Positions 1 to 10,073 are shown, counted from the stretch's first letter. The stretch is 64,000 nucleotides of DNA from an uncultured Candidatus Saccharibacteria bacterium (GCA_964623775.1 CAZUVH010000001.1:40790-104789); one strand, 5' to 3'. The notes: generated from the letters alone by a model not told the origin. Numbers and translations: made by a program.

Positions 1-745
1 GATTTGGATTTGTGCCGGTCACAGGATATGTCTGCGCAGTTGAGTATCCGCTCTTCGAGACGGTAATCTGATAATTACTCGCGGCGGGCGCGCCGATAAA
101 CGTGACCTCTCCATTTACATCGGAGTATGTGCGGATATTGATCGTGGGCGATGTGCTCGCGTTTACAATATCGACCTGCGCGTCATAGAGGGGTGCGTCC
201 ATTGCGTTCACGACCTTTATATTGAGTATGCCGCCAGGCACCGCCGTTTCTACGCCCTGCGGAGAGACGCGCCCGACAACAGTGACGCTGCGTGTCCCCT
301 GCTTCGACTGCCAAGATGTTTCTACGCGGATCGTTTTGAAATCGGCGACAATGCCGTTGGTATCGGCCACGCCGAGTCCATCTTCCGGATCGTCAGTGTA
401 TTCGACCGAGGTGCGGCGCGAATACACGATGCCGTCGGTCGTCGTCGCATTATCAAACTGCGGCACGTTGCCTGCCGGGATTCCCCCGATGACGCCGATT
501 TGCGAATACGTGAGTGATTTCAAATATTCCATGCGGTCGTTGCACAATGCAATCGCGCCAGCGCGCGCTTTGTTATTGCCGACGACGGTAAGTGACACTT
601 GAAATGCCGCGATAATGCCGACGAAAACAATCCCCATGAGAGCCGCCCCGACTAGAGTATCGATGAGCGTCATGCCCCGCTGATCTCGCGTATGGCGTAT
701 GGCGTATGGCGTATGGCAGGTGTACGCAGTTGGATTTTCCTCCAT
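1..745 (-). CDS. Prepilin-type (class III signal) protein, runs off the window start
   Basis: Manual translation MEENPTAYTCHTPYAIRHTRDQRG|MTLIDTLVGAALMGIVFVGIIAAF: prepilin cleavage site plus hydrophobic helix, directly downstream of pilC. Start could also be 766. Confidence 0.8.
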   Translation of the reverse strand, partial: MEENPTAYTCHTPYAIRHTRDQRGMTLIDTLVGAALMGIVFVGIIAAFQVSLTVVGNNKARAGAIALCNDRMEYLKSLTYSQIGVIGGIPAGNVPQFDNATTTDGIVYSRRTSVEYTDDPEDGLGVADTNGIVADFKTIRVETSWQSKQGTRSVTVVGRVSPQGVETAVPGGILNIKVVNAMDAPLYDAQVDIVNASTSPTINIRTYSDVNGEVTFIGAPAASNYQITVSKSGYSTAQTYPVTGTNPN

Positions 746-768
746 ACTCCATACTCCATACTCCATAC
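690..768. repeat. Two inverted heptamer tandem arrays, (GTATGGC)x4 and (CCATACT)x~4
   Basis: Seen directly at 690-717 and 742-768. Confidence 0.9.
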
Positions 769-770
769 GT

Positions 771-1985
771 TTAAATGTTGTTGCCCATCGAGTAGATCGG
801 CGCGATCATCGAGACCGCAAAAAATCCGACGGCGCCGCCGATAAAGAGCATGAGAATCGGCTCGATGACGGTGGAGAGATCTTTTGTCTTGCGGTCGACT
901 TCCTCTTCATAAAAGATGGCGAGACGCTTCATCATCTCATTGGTCTGTCCGGTCTCCTCGCCGACCGCCATCATTTCAGAGACGAATGGCGGATAAAGGT
1001 ACTCGTTGCGGCCAAATGTCTGCGAGAGCGGTTCGCCGCGGCGCACTGATTCCGACGCGCCGACTATCACCTCTTTGAAGTACGAATTTTGCACGACCTG
1101 TCCGACGATTTCGAGCGCCGTGAGGACATCCACGCCGGAAGAAAGGAGTGAGGCGAGTGTGCGTGACGTGCGCGCCGCATTTACCTCTCGGACAATTTGG
1201 CCAATCACCGGAATGCGCAAAAATGTCCAGTCCATCCCCCGATGGCCTATTTTTGTCCGCAGTGCGGCGACGATCATGCCTACGGCCACCATCACAATCA
1301 CGAGACTGAGGATGGTGTTTTGTGCCAAAAAGTCGCTGATTGCGATCACGACCTGAGTCGAGACCGGCAAATCAGCCCCGAGCTCCTTGAACGTCGCCGA
1401 CAAAGTCGGCACCACGGAAACCATCATGACGGCACCGATGCCGATGATCGCGACCACAATAATAGAAGGATAGATCAGGGCCCCGCGTATTTTTTTCTTG
1501 AGCGAATACATGCGATCCATCTGGTCGGCCACGACAGCGAGCGATCCCGGCAAGTCACCTCCCTCTTCTCCGGCACGCATCATCGCGATAAAGAGACGCG
1601 AAAAGACTTTGGGGAATTTCTCGAGCGCACCGTTCAAGGTCTCCCCGCGACGTACGTCGCCGGCAATCGAACTGATTACGCCAGCGAGCCTCGCGTTTTT
1701 CGTCTGGCGCTCCAAGACGGTGAGCGCGCGGGCAAGCGGCAAGCCGGCAGAGAGCATGGCGCCGAGATTGCGTGCAAAAAGGATTTTCTCGTACTCGCTC
1801 ACTCGAGAGAAAAGCGAGCTCCACCACTGCATGTTGAGGTACTTATTGCCCTGTTCTTCGGTGACGGAGATAATGCGACCACCCTCGCGTCGCACCATTG
1901 TGTAGAGTTCAAACCGATCGGCGGCTTCGGCAGATCCTTTGTACTGCTCGTCGTTTTTCTCCGCCGTGTACGTGAAATGAACCAT
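771..1985 (-). CDS. pilC: Type IV pilus platform protein PilC / T2SS F family
   Basis: Two T2SSF repeats (AGEEGGDL, VGEETG, IEP), ALIYP motif, TM helices. Confidence 0.93.
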   Translation of the reverse strand: MVHFTYTAEKNDEQYKGSAEAADRFELYTMVRREGGRIISVTEEQGNKYLNMQWWSSLFSRVSEYEKILFARNLGAMLSAGLPLARALTVLERQTKNARLAGVISSIAGDVRRGETLNGALEKFPKVFSRLFIAMMRAGEEGGDLPGSLAVVADQMDRMYSLKKKIRGALIYPSIIVVAIIGIGAVMMVSVVPTLSATFKELGADLPVSTQVVIAISDFLAQNTILSLVIVMVAVGMIVAALRTKIGHRGMDWTFLRIPVIGQIVREVNAARTSRTLASLLSSGVDVLTALEIVGQVVQNSYFKEVIVGASESVRRGEPLSQTFGRNEYLYPPFVSEMMAVGEETGQTNEMMKRLAIFYEEEVDRKTKDLSTVIEPILMLFIGGAVGFFAVSMIAPIYSMGNNI

Positions 1986-1994
1986 TACTCATAA

Positions 1995-2021
1995 GTATAG
2001 CGTATGGAGTATGGCGTATAC
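1995..2021. repeat. Degenerate heptamer array (GTATRGM)
   Basis: gtatagc gtatgga gtatggc gtatac. Confidence 0.8.
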
Positions 2022-2040
2022 CGGGAAAAAGCGGTACGTG

Positions 2041-2406
2041 TTAACGATCACTGGAACGCATGAGGCCCTTTATGAGAGCACCGACTGTATCGCTCCGGAT
2101 GTACAATTCAGAAAATTGTTCCTGCGAAATATAGTCGAGATCGCGCGAAATCATCAGTTGATTTTGCAATTCAGCGAGAGAGGTCTTCGCCATTGTGTAA
2201 AAGTGAAACTTATCTTTTGAAGAAAAACGGCCAAATCCTTCTGCGATGTTTGATGAAATTGAAACAGCCGCCCGCCTGCTCTGGTTCGCGAGTCCGAACT
2301 TTTCTTCGTTCGGATACTTCTTTGTGATTTTGTAGACAGCAAGCACGAATGTGTGGGACTTTTGCCACGCTTTTAAATCTGAAAATCTCTAGATTTTGCC
2401 CTCCAT
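2041..2406 (-). pseudogene. Four-helix-bundle protein (23S rRNA IVP/bAvd-like family) with in-frame TAG at codon 6
   Basis: MEGKI*RFSDLKAWQKSH...EEKFGLANQSRRAAVSISSNIAEGFGR; family motifs intact apart from the stop at 2389-2391. Confidence 0.8.
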
Positions 2407-2429
2407 ACACAATACGCCATACTCTATAC
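2402..2429. repeat. Degenerate heptamer array, inverted relative to 1995-2021
   Basis: tccatac acaatac gccatac tctatac. Confidence 0.75.
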
Positions 2430-2439
2430 CTGATTTCTC

Positions 2440-3252
2440 CTACGGAGAAATCAGGATTGGCGTCATGTCTGTCTCATCGCTTCCCGGTGTCACCACTGTG
2501 TCCACGATCACGCCGTCATTGAAAAGGTGTGAGCCGTCGACCGCATCCGCTGTCACGGTGCCTGAACCGTCGGATTTCTGAATGACTGTATCTTGAATTA
2601 CATGAAACGTATCGGGGTCGGCACCCACTACGATCACGAGCTCGAGCGTGCACGTCTCTCCCTGGCAGACCCAGCTGACTATATATACGTTGTTCGCGTC
2701 TTTCGCATACGTATCATTGAGAATTTGAAACGTCGCCGGATCGGCTGTGACTACGGTGGAGACCGAGGATTGCGTTGCTCCCGATTCTTGCGTGGTCGAC
2801 TGCGCGACAAAAACCTGGTCATTGTCGCGGTAGTACGTCACTGCAGTTTGCGAACCCGCCCCCGCATTACCAGGACTCTGCACCGACATCTTCTGTATCT
2901 CTGAGAACGTTGCGGGATCAGCCTCAGGTATCAGCGTGTAGGTGCCAGGCGGGGCGAGTTTATTTTTTTGAGTGCCACCGGTGCCCGCCGAAGCGACTGC
3001 GCTCGCGTTGTAGTACATACCTACAGGCGAGGAATAGACGAAGGAATCATACGAGATGAGCGACTGCGTGCCCGAACCATCAATCTCGACTTCCTCAGGC
3101 GCACCAGTCTGTGCAGCGATAGCAGCATTCCTCGCAGTCTCAAGTGATTCTTTGCTCCCGAAAATGTAATAGCTGAAAATACCTATCAGCACACTTGCGA
3201 GTCCGACAATCGCGACGGCGATGAGAGGCGACACTCCTCTTTCATTCGACAT
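2440..3252 (-). CDS. DKNYY-repeat-like surface protein with class III signal-like N-terminus
   Basis: ADPATF/ADPDTF three times and YAKDANNVY; N-terminus ERG|VSPLIAVAIV. Confidence 0.6.
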   Translation of the reverse strand: MSNERGVSPLIAVAIVGLASVLIGIFSYYIFGSKESLETARNAAIAAQTGAPEEVEIDGSGTQSLISYDSFVYSSPVGMYYNASAVASAGTGGTQKNKLAPPGTYTLIPEADPATFSEIQKMSVQSPGNAGAGSQTAVTYYRDNDQVFVAQSTTQESGATQSSVSTVVTADPATFQILNDTYAKDANNVYIVSWVCQGETCTLELVIVVGADPDTFHVIQDTVIQKSDGSGTVTADAVDGSHLFNDGVIVDTVVTPGSDETDMTPILISP

Positions 3253-3275
3253 ACCATTACTATCGCATGGATTCG

Positions 3276-5009
3276 CTACTCTGTAATGACTCTCAAGACC
3301 TCTTCAATGGTGGTGATGCCTTGAGCGGCTTTGAAGATGCCGTCTTCGCTCATGGTGAGCATACCTTCACTGTGCGCCTGCTTCGCGATCTCGTCACCTG
3401 TCGCATTTTTCATAATGAGTTCTTTGATGGTCGACGTGACGTTCATGACTTCGTAGATGCCGATACGTCCTGCATATCCCGTCGCGCACGCGGCGCTCGA
3501 TTTGGGCCGCGCGAACGAAATATTTTTCCACGTCGCGTCTTTTGCGATCACTTTTTCGTCTTTGAGCGCCTTGAGTACGATACCGGGATCGACGATATGC
3601 TCGAGCTGCGCCTGCTCATCGCGCGAAAGTTCGTACATGTCTTTCTCGGCACACAATCTTCGCACGAGGCGCTGTCCGATGACGGTACGCAATGTTGAGA
3701 CGAGGAGGAACGGCTCGATACCCATGTCGAGGAGGCGCGCGACGGCACCCGCAGCAGAGTTCGTGTGGAGCGTCGCGAGTACGAGGTGCCCGGTCAGAGA
3801 TGCATTGATCGCAAGCGACGCGGTCTCCTTGTCGCGGATTTCGCCGACCATGATGATGTCCGGATCCTGGCGCACGAGCGTGCGAAGACCGTTGGCAAAG
3901 GTGAAACCAATATCCGGACGCACCTGCGTCTGATTCACGCGCGCCATCTGGTATTCAATCGGATCTTCAATCGTTGAGATGTTTACGTTGGGCGTATTGA
4001 GGATATCGAGGAGCGTGTAGAGCGTCGTCGATTTACCGCTACCCGTCGGGCCTGTCGTGAGGATCATGCCTGTCGTCTTGCGCATCGCATCGTGCATGTG
4101 CTCAAGACCCGCACCGTGGAAGCCAATGCCCTCGAGTGTGAAGCCGGCGATGTTGTCGCGCAGCAAGCGCATGACGATCTTTTCACCAAAGTATGTGGGC
4201 AATATAGAGACGCGGAATGAAACTTTCTCGCCGCCACCTTCGGCACTGAAGCGACCGTCTTGCGGCAATCTCTTCTCGTCGAGTCGCATATTGGAGAGCA
4301 CCTTGAGGCGCGCAGTGATCGCAGCGGCCGCATGCTTGGGTAGCTCCATCGCATCGTGCAAGATACCGTCGATGCGATAGCGGATGAGGAGCGAGTCTTC
4401 GAGCGGCTCGATATGGATGTCGGACGCACCCTGCGCGCTCGCATGGCGCAAAAGTGTATCGACGATGCGTACCGCCGAGACGCCTTCTGCCATTTCCTTG
4501 AGATCTTGCTCTTTGTCGGAAGTCTTCGAGAGCGCTTCGGTCTCGTGTTTAATCACGTCGCCGAGATTGTCTTTGAGGGATTGTTGGTACTGCTTGAGCG
4601 CAGCCTTGACCGATGCAACATCCGTGAGGCGCGGCAGCACTTTCAGGTGCGTCTTCTTTTTAATGAAGTCGATCGCTGCGAGATCATCGGTGTCGAGCAT
4701 CGCGACTTCAAGCTCATTTGCATGATTACTGTACGCGATGATGTTGTTGCGTCTCGCGACAGGCTCGGGAATGAGTGAGAGTGTTTCGTACTTGATATTG
4801 GTCCCGACGAGCGAGACGAACGGGATACCGAGGATGTATGCATAGGTGCGGCGCAGCTCATCTTCGCCGATCGTATTGTGCGCAGTCAGGATCTCCGAGA
4901 CTGGCTTGCCGCTTTCTTTCGCCTCCTTCTCCGCCGCGTCAAAATCTTTTGCCGACACGAGTCCTGCATCGGCAAGAAACGTCTTCAGGTGCGAATCCGA
5001 AATGTACAT
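3276..5009 (-). CDS. pilB: Type IV pilus assembly ATPase PilB/GspE
   Basis: SDIHIEP, PQDG, GPTGSGKS, TIEDPIEY, LVRQDPD, TGHLV motifs. Confidence 0.93.
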   Translation of the reverse strand: MYISDSHLKTFLADAGLVSAKDFDAAEKEAKESGKPVSEILTAHNTIGEDELRRTYAYILGIPFVSLVGTNIKYETLSLIPEPVARRNNIIAYSNHANELEVAMLDTDDLAAIDFIKKKTHLKVLPRLTDVASVKAALKQYQQSLKDNLGDVIKHETEALSKTSDKEQDLKEMAEGVSAVRIVDTLLRHASAQGASDIHIEPLEDSLLIRYRIDGILHDAMELPKHAAAAITARLKVLSNMRLDEKRLPQDGRFSAEGGGEKVSFRVSILPTYFGEKIVMRLLRDNIAGFTLEGIGFHGAGLEHMHDAMRKTTGMILTTGPTGSGKSTTLYTLLDILNTPNVNISTIEDPIEYQMARVNQTQVRPDIGFTFANGLRTLVRQDPDIIMVGEIRDKETASLAINASLTGHLVLATLHTNSAAGAVARLLDMGIEPFLLVSTLRTVIGQRLVRRLCAEKDMYELSRDEQAQLEHIVDPGIVLKALKDEKVIAKDATWKNISFARPKSSAACATGYAGRIGIYEVMNVTSTIKELIMKNATGDEIAKQAHSEGMLTMSEDGIFKAAQGITTIEEVLRVITE

Positions 5010-5073
5010 ATTTACTCAATTATATCGCACTGTTGATGCGTCTCGACATTTTTGTGGTGATACACTTATCCGC

Positions 5074-6177
5074 ATGACTGAGTCTCCCGTTCCACCTCCT
5101 ACTCCGGCACCGGACCCAATCACTCCGGAAAAAATGCCGGATCACCATCTCCCCGGCATCTACCTCATTGTTGGGGCCTTGGTCGTTGTGGGTGCCTGCG
5201 TGTACGCGTATTCATCGGGATCATTCGGACGGCCCGCACTCGCCGAGTGCAACATACCGAAGTCCGAAGAAGATCTCGCTGACGAAAAACAAATTGAGGA
5301 GCTCGTACAAAAAGCAGAATCGCTGAATAATCCGCTCATGAGCAGTGATTCCGCGTCGGATTTCGATATAGAAACGTATTTCTTAGAAAAAATGAAATTG
5401 GAGGACGAATACGCCGCAATTTACGAACAGATAGCAATGAAACAGATGTCCAGGGTAGCCCCCGCAGATCTCATATCTATATATGAACGCTACTGTACAC
5501 AGGAGCGACCGTTTGCGGCGGATTTGTCGCCGGAGCGATATGCAGCCTTGCGCGAAGAACTTGCGTCCTTAAATCTGCAAGAACTGACATGTAAGCTCAA
5601 GAGCGACGTCTATTGGCCCGGCGAAATTCCGTCCGTACTTTCGTCTGTCGGGCAGCGTCTCGCGGATGGCGGGGAATTCGACGCTGCCGTTCGGCTTTAT
5701 CAATGTGCTGCAAATCAATTCAACACGCTCGCTATGTATCGGATTGCTCAGGTCTTTGCCTACGGTAGTGACGGGATCATATCATCCGCTCCCGATACAA
5801 TTGCGTATACACCGATCGCTCGTGATCTAAAGAGTGCCTATTTCTGGATCGCTGCACTCGTCCACACGGAAAGACAGCAAAATTACGGGGTTCTCGACAC
5901 TGCGACTCAATTTGGATGGAATGCCATCGGCCTTCTTGATGCCCTCCAGCAAAGCAAGGAGCTCTCCGACAAAGACCTGCTCGACACGGAAGTCGAGGTG
6001 GTCGAGTTCGTACGAATCAGATATCCGTTTGCGCAGATCGACAAAACCAGCGTATACAACCATTCGATGCGTGCGATGTTGCCGGCGCTCGAAGCCGCCG
6101 CGGAAGGGAGAACCGAGATTCGACAGTCGCCAGACGATCCCAACACATATATTGTCGAACCTGTCACCCCTCGCTGA
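5074..6177 (+). CDS. Membrane-anchored protein with Sel1-like repeat
   Basis: N-terminal TM helix; AVRLYQCAANQFNTLAMYRIAQVF...DLKSAYFW; start set at ATG 5074. Confidence 0.55.
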   Translation: MTESPVPPPTPAPDPITPEKMPDHHLPGIYLIVGALVVVGACVYAYSSGSFGRPALAECNIPKSEEDLADEKQIEELVQKAESLNNPLMSSDSASDFDIETYFLEKMKLEDEYAAIYEQIAMKQMSRVAPADLISIYERYCTQERPFAADLSPERYAALREELASLNLQELTCKLKSDVYWPGEIPSVLSSVGQRLADGGEFDAAVRLYQCAANQFNTLAMYRIAQVFAYGSDGIISSAPDTIAYTPIARDLKSAYFWIAALVHTERQQNYGVLDTATQFGWNAIGLLDALQQSKELSDKDLLDTEVEVVEFVRIRYPFAQIDKTSVYNHSMRAMLPALEAAAEGRTEIRQSPDDPNTYIVEPVTPR

Positions 6178-6258
6178 AGACACGAAATACATGCGCGTTG
6201 GATTTTTTTGGTGAATTGATGTAGAAATCGCATAGTTCCACAAGGATAGGAGTGACGT

Positions 6259-6477
6259 ATGTCGTATAAGAAGCAGGTGGACGTGGCTCTCTTTGTCTTC
6301 GCGCTGACCACCACAGCTCTCTTGTTCTTAAATATCGACACAGTGATGGCGGCGATCGCATCGGTAATCGAGAACGCCAAATTCTCGATCAATTTCGCGC
6401 TCATGACGATCGCCGCTTTCGCGATTGCTTTTGCGGGGGCGACGTACATGACCTTCCCAGAGGCATGGCGAGAATGA
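6259..6477 (+). CDS. Small two-TM membrane protein
   Basis: GGAG SD, hydrophobic segments, followed by a hairpin at ~6494-6516. Confidence 0.6.
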   Translation: MSYKKQVDVALFVFALTTTALLFLNIDTVMAAIASVIENAKFSINFALMTIAAFAIAFAGATYMTFPEAWRE

Positions 6478-6572
6478 TCTTTTCGCATTTTTAGGAGCCA
6501 CCCCGCGTGGCTCCTTTTGTTTGAGAGTCTCGACCGATACAATCACACGCAGAAGCGCCAAAGGAGTAGACG

Positions 6573-6830
6573 ATGCGGAATTGTACGAATCCAGAATGTC
6601 GACGTCCGATTGATGCATGCAACGGCTTCGTAAAAGCCGGCGACATCAACGAAGCGATTGCCGGCACGCGCCCCTGGAGAGAGGTGCGTGAATTATGCGG
6701 GAAGTGTGGCTTTTATATCGCTTGTCTGGGGATGATGGGACGAGATCAGGAGCTAAGCGAATTCTTCGTCAAGATCGGCTATGCCGACGCCCCTACTGTA
6801 CATAGTGAAGCAACAAACGGCCCGTCTTGA
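6573..6830 (+). CDS. Small putative zinc-binding protein
   Basis: AAGGAG SD; CxxxxC and CxxC motifs. Confidence 0.6.
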   Translation: MRNCTNPECRRPIDACNGFVKAGDINEAIAGTRPWREVRELCGKCGFYIACLGMMGRDQELSEFFVKIGYADAPTVHSEATNGPS

Positions 6831-6848
6831 CGGGCCGTTGACTTTTTT
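6816..6848 (+). terminator. Intrinsic terminator
   Basis: aacggcccgtc-tt-gacgggccgtt followed by a T-tract. Confidence 0.7.
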
Positions 6849-6943
6849 ATAGTCGAAGCGTATAGTGCCCGCATTAGTTCCGCCGCTGGCGGGCGCTTTT
6901 TTTAAAGGGCGCCTTCGCGGCGAACAATAACAACATAATCCAT

Positions 6944-8269
6944 ATGGCACTGTTTGACCTTAAGACCCTGAATTCGGCTCTCGAGGAGCTCCAGCAGGAG
7001 CGCGGTATTACGCGTGACTCCGTTATTGATGCGCTCGCTACGGCGCTCGCCGCTGCGTATCGCCGTGAATACGGCAAGCGCGGGCAGATCATTCGCGCAA
7101 CCATGGATCCCCAGACGGGCGACGTGGAATTCCGCCAGGCCAAGATCGTCGTCGACTCATCTCTCGTCCGCAAGGAGGAAGAGGAGGCGAAGGATGAAAA
7201 TGACCACCGCTCACGATTCAATCCCGAACAGCACATCATGATCGAAGATGCGCGCCGTATCAAAAAGGATGCGCAGCTCGACGAAGAGATCTCCTTCCCT
7301 CTCGAGACGCAGGAAGATTTCGGCCGCATTGCAGCGCAGGCCGCAAAGCAAGTGATCATGCAGAAAGTCCGCGAGGCAGAGCGCGCTTCGATCATCGCCG
7401 AGTACGGCGAGCGCGAAGGTGAGATCGTCACTGGCCACGTGCAGCGCTTTGAGCGCGGCAATCTTTTCATCGACCTCGGTCGTGCGACCGCCATCTTGCC
7501 TTACGACGAACAAATCCCAGGCGAGCGTTATCGCCAGGGCGAGCGCGTCCGCGCACTCCTCCTTCGCGTAGACGAGGGCGTGCGTGGCACGTTCATCCGC
7601 CTCTCCCGTTCGCATCCGCGTTTCCTCACCAAGCTTTTCGAAGCAGAAGTGCCTGAAATGGCATCCGGTGTCGTGGAGGTAAAAGGAATCGTGCGCGAAC
7701 CAGGCAGCCGTGCCAAGATCGCTGTGTTCTCCAATGATGATCACGTCGACCCGGTCGGCGCACTCGTCGGTCAGCGCGGCGTACGCGTCGCGGTCGTCAC
7801 CTCCGAACTCGGCGGTGAAAAGATCGACGTCGTTGAATGGTCTGAGAAAGCAGAGGACTTCGTCAAAGAAGCGCTCAAGCCAGCACAGGTACTCGGTATC
7901 GAACTTGTGGAAGACGACAACCGCGCCACAGTGCAGGTCGCCGAAGACCAGCAGTCGCTCGCGATCGGCCGTGGCGGTCAAAATGTCCGCCTCGCAGCAC
8001 GCTTGACCGGCTGGAAGATCGATATCCGCTCCACAGGCGGCCAAGTCGTCAGCGAAGATGGCTCGCAGCAGAAACCCGTCCAGCCGACCGATGTCGAAGA
8101 TATTTCTGAGACAGAAAGCGGATTCGAGGAAACGAAAAAGGAAATGGGCGAAGATGAATCGAGCGAAGACACTATCGATCCCGTAGCTCAGGACCGCGAC
8201 ATCGCCGATGAAAAAGTAGAAGAGCAACAGGAAGAAACGGACGAGAGTAAAGAAAAGGACGCGGAGTAA
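6944..8269 (+). CDS. nusA: Transcription termination/antitermination factor NusA
   Basis: FGRIAAQAAKQ, S1 and KH domains, SLAIGRGGQNVRLAARLTGW. Confidence 0.98.
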   Translation: MALFDLKTLNSALEELQQERGITRDSVIDALATALAAAYRREYGKRGQIIRATMDPQTGDVEFRQAKIVVDSSLVRKEEEEAKDENDHRSRFNPEQHIMIEDARRIKKDAQLDEEISFPLETQEDFGRIAAQAAKQVIMQKVREAERASIIAEYGEREGEIVTGHVQRFERGNLFIDLGRATAILPYDEQIPGERYRQGERVRALLLRVDEGVRGTFIRLSRSHPRFLTKLFEAEVPEMASGVVEVKGIVREPGSRAKIAVFSNDDHVDPVGALVGQRGVRVAVVTSELGGEKIDVVEWSEKAEDFVKEALKPAQVLGIELVEDDNRATVQVAEDQQSLAIGRGGQNVRLAARLTGWKIDIRSTGGQVVSEDGSQQKPVQPTDVEDISETESGFEETKKEMGEDESSEDTIDPVAQDRDIADEKVEEQQEETDESKEKDAE

Positions 8270-8291
8270 AAATCCCACGCATAAAAAATTT

Positions 8292-8318
8292 AGAGGCGCG
8301 CCACCGTGGCGCGCCTCT
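8292..8318. terminator. Hairpin between convergent genes
   Basis: agaggcgcgcca-ccg-tggcgcgcctct. Confidence 0.7.
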
Positions 8319-8333
8319 GCATTGAAGGAACAT

Positions 8334-8768
8334 TCACGCGCTGACGGAAATTTTCATGTCTTGGAGAAAAAATTCATCATAGCCGTCGTACTGAATGTGA
8401 ATCATACGGGGATACGGTTGTTTCTCGTTACCGATATCGGCCGGCAATCGTTGCGCAATGTACTGCGCAAGGTCTTTTAGAACCGTACACGCAATATTTC
8501 CGTGAAGAAAAAGGTCGGGAGTCTGCGGATTAATCGCGCCAAACAAATAAACGAACGGTTCTCCTGCCGCCTCCGACAACCCGAAACTCACATTGCACTC
8601 AAAACATCTCATCATGATGCGATGTGCTGGAATACACATCTTCCAGTTGTCACGATGTCGCATCGCTGAACCAACGAGGACGTGGGGTTCCTGTTCGATC
8701 TCGACAGGAATGCGGATCACGTACAACTTCGAACGCCCCCTGGTTTCACTAACCTTCTTCAACTCCAT
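8334..8768 (-). CDS. Hypothetical protein
   Basis: 144 aa ORF with AGGAG SD, fills the intergenic gap. Confidence 0.6.
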   Translation of the reverse strand: MELKKVSETRGRSKLYVIRIPVEIEQEPHVLVGSAMRHRDNWKMCIPAHRIMMRCFECNVSFGLSEAAGEPFVYLFGAINPQTPDLFLHGNIACTVLKDLAQYIAQRLPADIGNEKQPYPRMIHIQYDGYDEFFLQDMKISVSA

Positions 8769-8879
8769 GGCATATCTCCTGCGTCAAATGTACTGCGCGC
8801 CATTCAATATGATTACCGCCTTTCTGTCAAAAGATTCAGCGGCGGCGCCTATGGGCGCCGCCGCTGTTTTTGAAAAAGA

Positions 8880-9053
8880 TCATTGGGTCTTCTCTGGCCT
8901 TGCTGCCCACCACAGCGTAAGACCGAGCGCGATCATGCCTAACACAAGCATTAGAAGGTATTCTCGACCCGGATGCTCTGACATCTTGGCTGCCGACCAG
9001 CCTACGACACCCATCGCTATCACTAGTGGGAAAATCCTGAGCACAATTTTCAT
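8880..9053 (-). CDS. Small two-TM membrane protein
   Basis: GGAGG SD before MKIVLRIFPLV; two hydrophobic helices. Confidence 0.6.
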   Translation of the reverse strand: MKIVLRIFPLVIAMGVVGWSAAKMSEHPGREYLLMLVLGMIALGLTLWWAARPEKTQ

Positions 9054-9157
9054 AGCACCTCCCATGCTTCGCTCTGTGCCAACCTCGGGCACTCTAGACC
9101 TTTGTCCATTTTTTCGCAATAATGCGCGTACTTACCACGTAATCATCACTATCATCT

Positions 9158-9694
9158 ATGAATCTCTGGCACGGTGTACCACTCGGCGAAAAAGCCCCCG
9201 AAGAATTCCATGTAATTATCGAGATCCCGAAAGGCTCACACAATAAATACGAAATCGACAAAGACACGGGTCTTATCAAGCTCGACCGTGCAAATTTCAA
9301 CGCCGCAGCGTACCCATTTGATTACGGATTCGCACCACAAACACTCTGGGAAGACGGCGACGCACTCGATGTCATCGTCCTGACGACCTACCCCCTCAGT
9401 GTGGGTGTCCTCGTATCAGTCCGCCCGGTCGCTATCATGGAGATGACGGATTCCGGCGAGTCGGATCACAAAATCATCGCAGTTCCGACCGAAGACTATC
9501 GCTGGGACGATGTGCAGGATCTCAAAGATCTCAACAAGCACAATCTTAAGGAGTATCAGCACTTCTTTGAAACGATCAAGCAGCTGAAGAAAAAGCCTGC
9601 CGTTGTTACGATCCATGGCTACAAAGGCAAGAAGGAGGCTCTTGCCGCCGTCGAGAAATCGATCGAGCTCTATAAAAAGAAGTTCAAGGCGTAG
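9158..9694 (+). CDS. ppa: Inorganic pyrophosphatase, family I
   Basis: IEIPKGSHNKYE, YGFAPQTLWEDGDALDV. Confidence 0.96.
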   Translation: MNLWHGVPLGEKAPEEFHVIIEIPKGSHNKYEIDKDTGLIKLDRANFNAAAYPFDYGFAPQTLWEDGDALDVIVLTTYPLSVGVLVSVRPVAIMEMTDSGESDHKIIAVPTEDYRWDDVQDLKDLNKHNLKEYQHFFETIKQLKKKPAVVTIHGYKGKKEALAAVEKSIELYKKKFKA

Positions 9695-9759
9695 CTCTCG
9701 TCTGGTTGTCCACTCCTCTCTTTGCGACACACCTCCTATGGGGTGTTCTATACTACGCA

Positions 9760-9949
9760 TATGCCACCTCAGACTCCCCCACCGCATAATCCTCAAAAAG
9801 AATCCGCTGGCCCGATCATCGGCGCGCTCATTATCGTGGTTCTCCTCATCGTCGGAGGATTGTATTTCTGGAGCGCACGATTGAGTCAGCAGAATATGCA
9901 GCAAGAAAATCTCCCCCTTATCGTCGGCGACGTGTCGGTCAATCCGTAA
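9760..9949 (+). CDS. Small single-TM protein
   Basis: MPPQTPPP...GPIIGALIIVVLLIVGGLYFW; TATACT just upstream; start approximate. Confidence 0.65.
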
Positions 9950-10073
9950 TACGTGCTTTTGGGCTCAAAGTGTGGTAAAAGTTATCGATAAATCGATAAC
10001 TTTGCTTGGCTTGTGTCGCTCGGAAGCGAAAGTAAACTTTCTCTTCCCTCGCTATCCTCGCAAGATAAAAAAC

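Noticed and set aside
2389-2391. Genome-wide stop-codon reassignment
   Set aside because: TAG, TGA and TAA all end conserved genes at the expected positions
7211-8278. Long antisense ORFs (also 52747-53865, 1197-1994, 42164-43036)
   Set aside because: Shadow frames of well-supported genes in GC-rich codon usage
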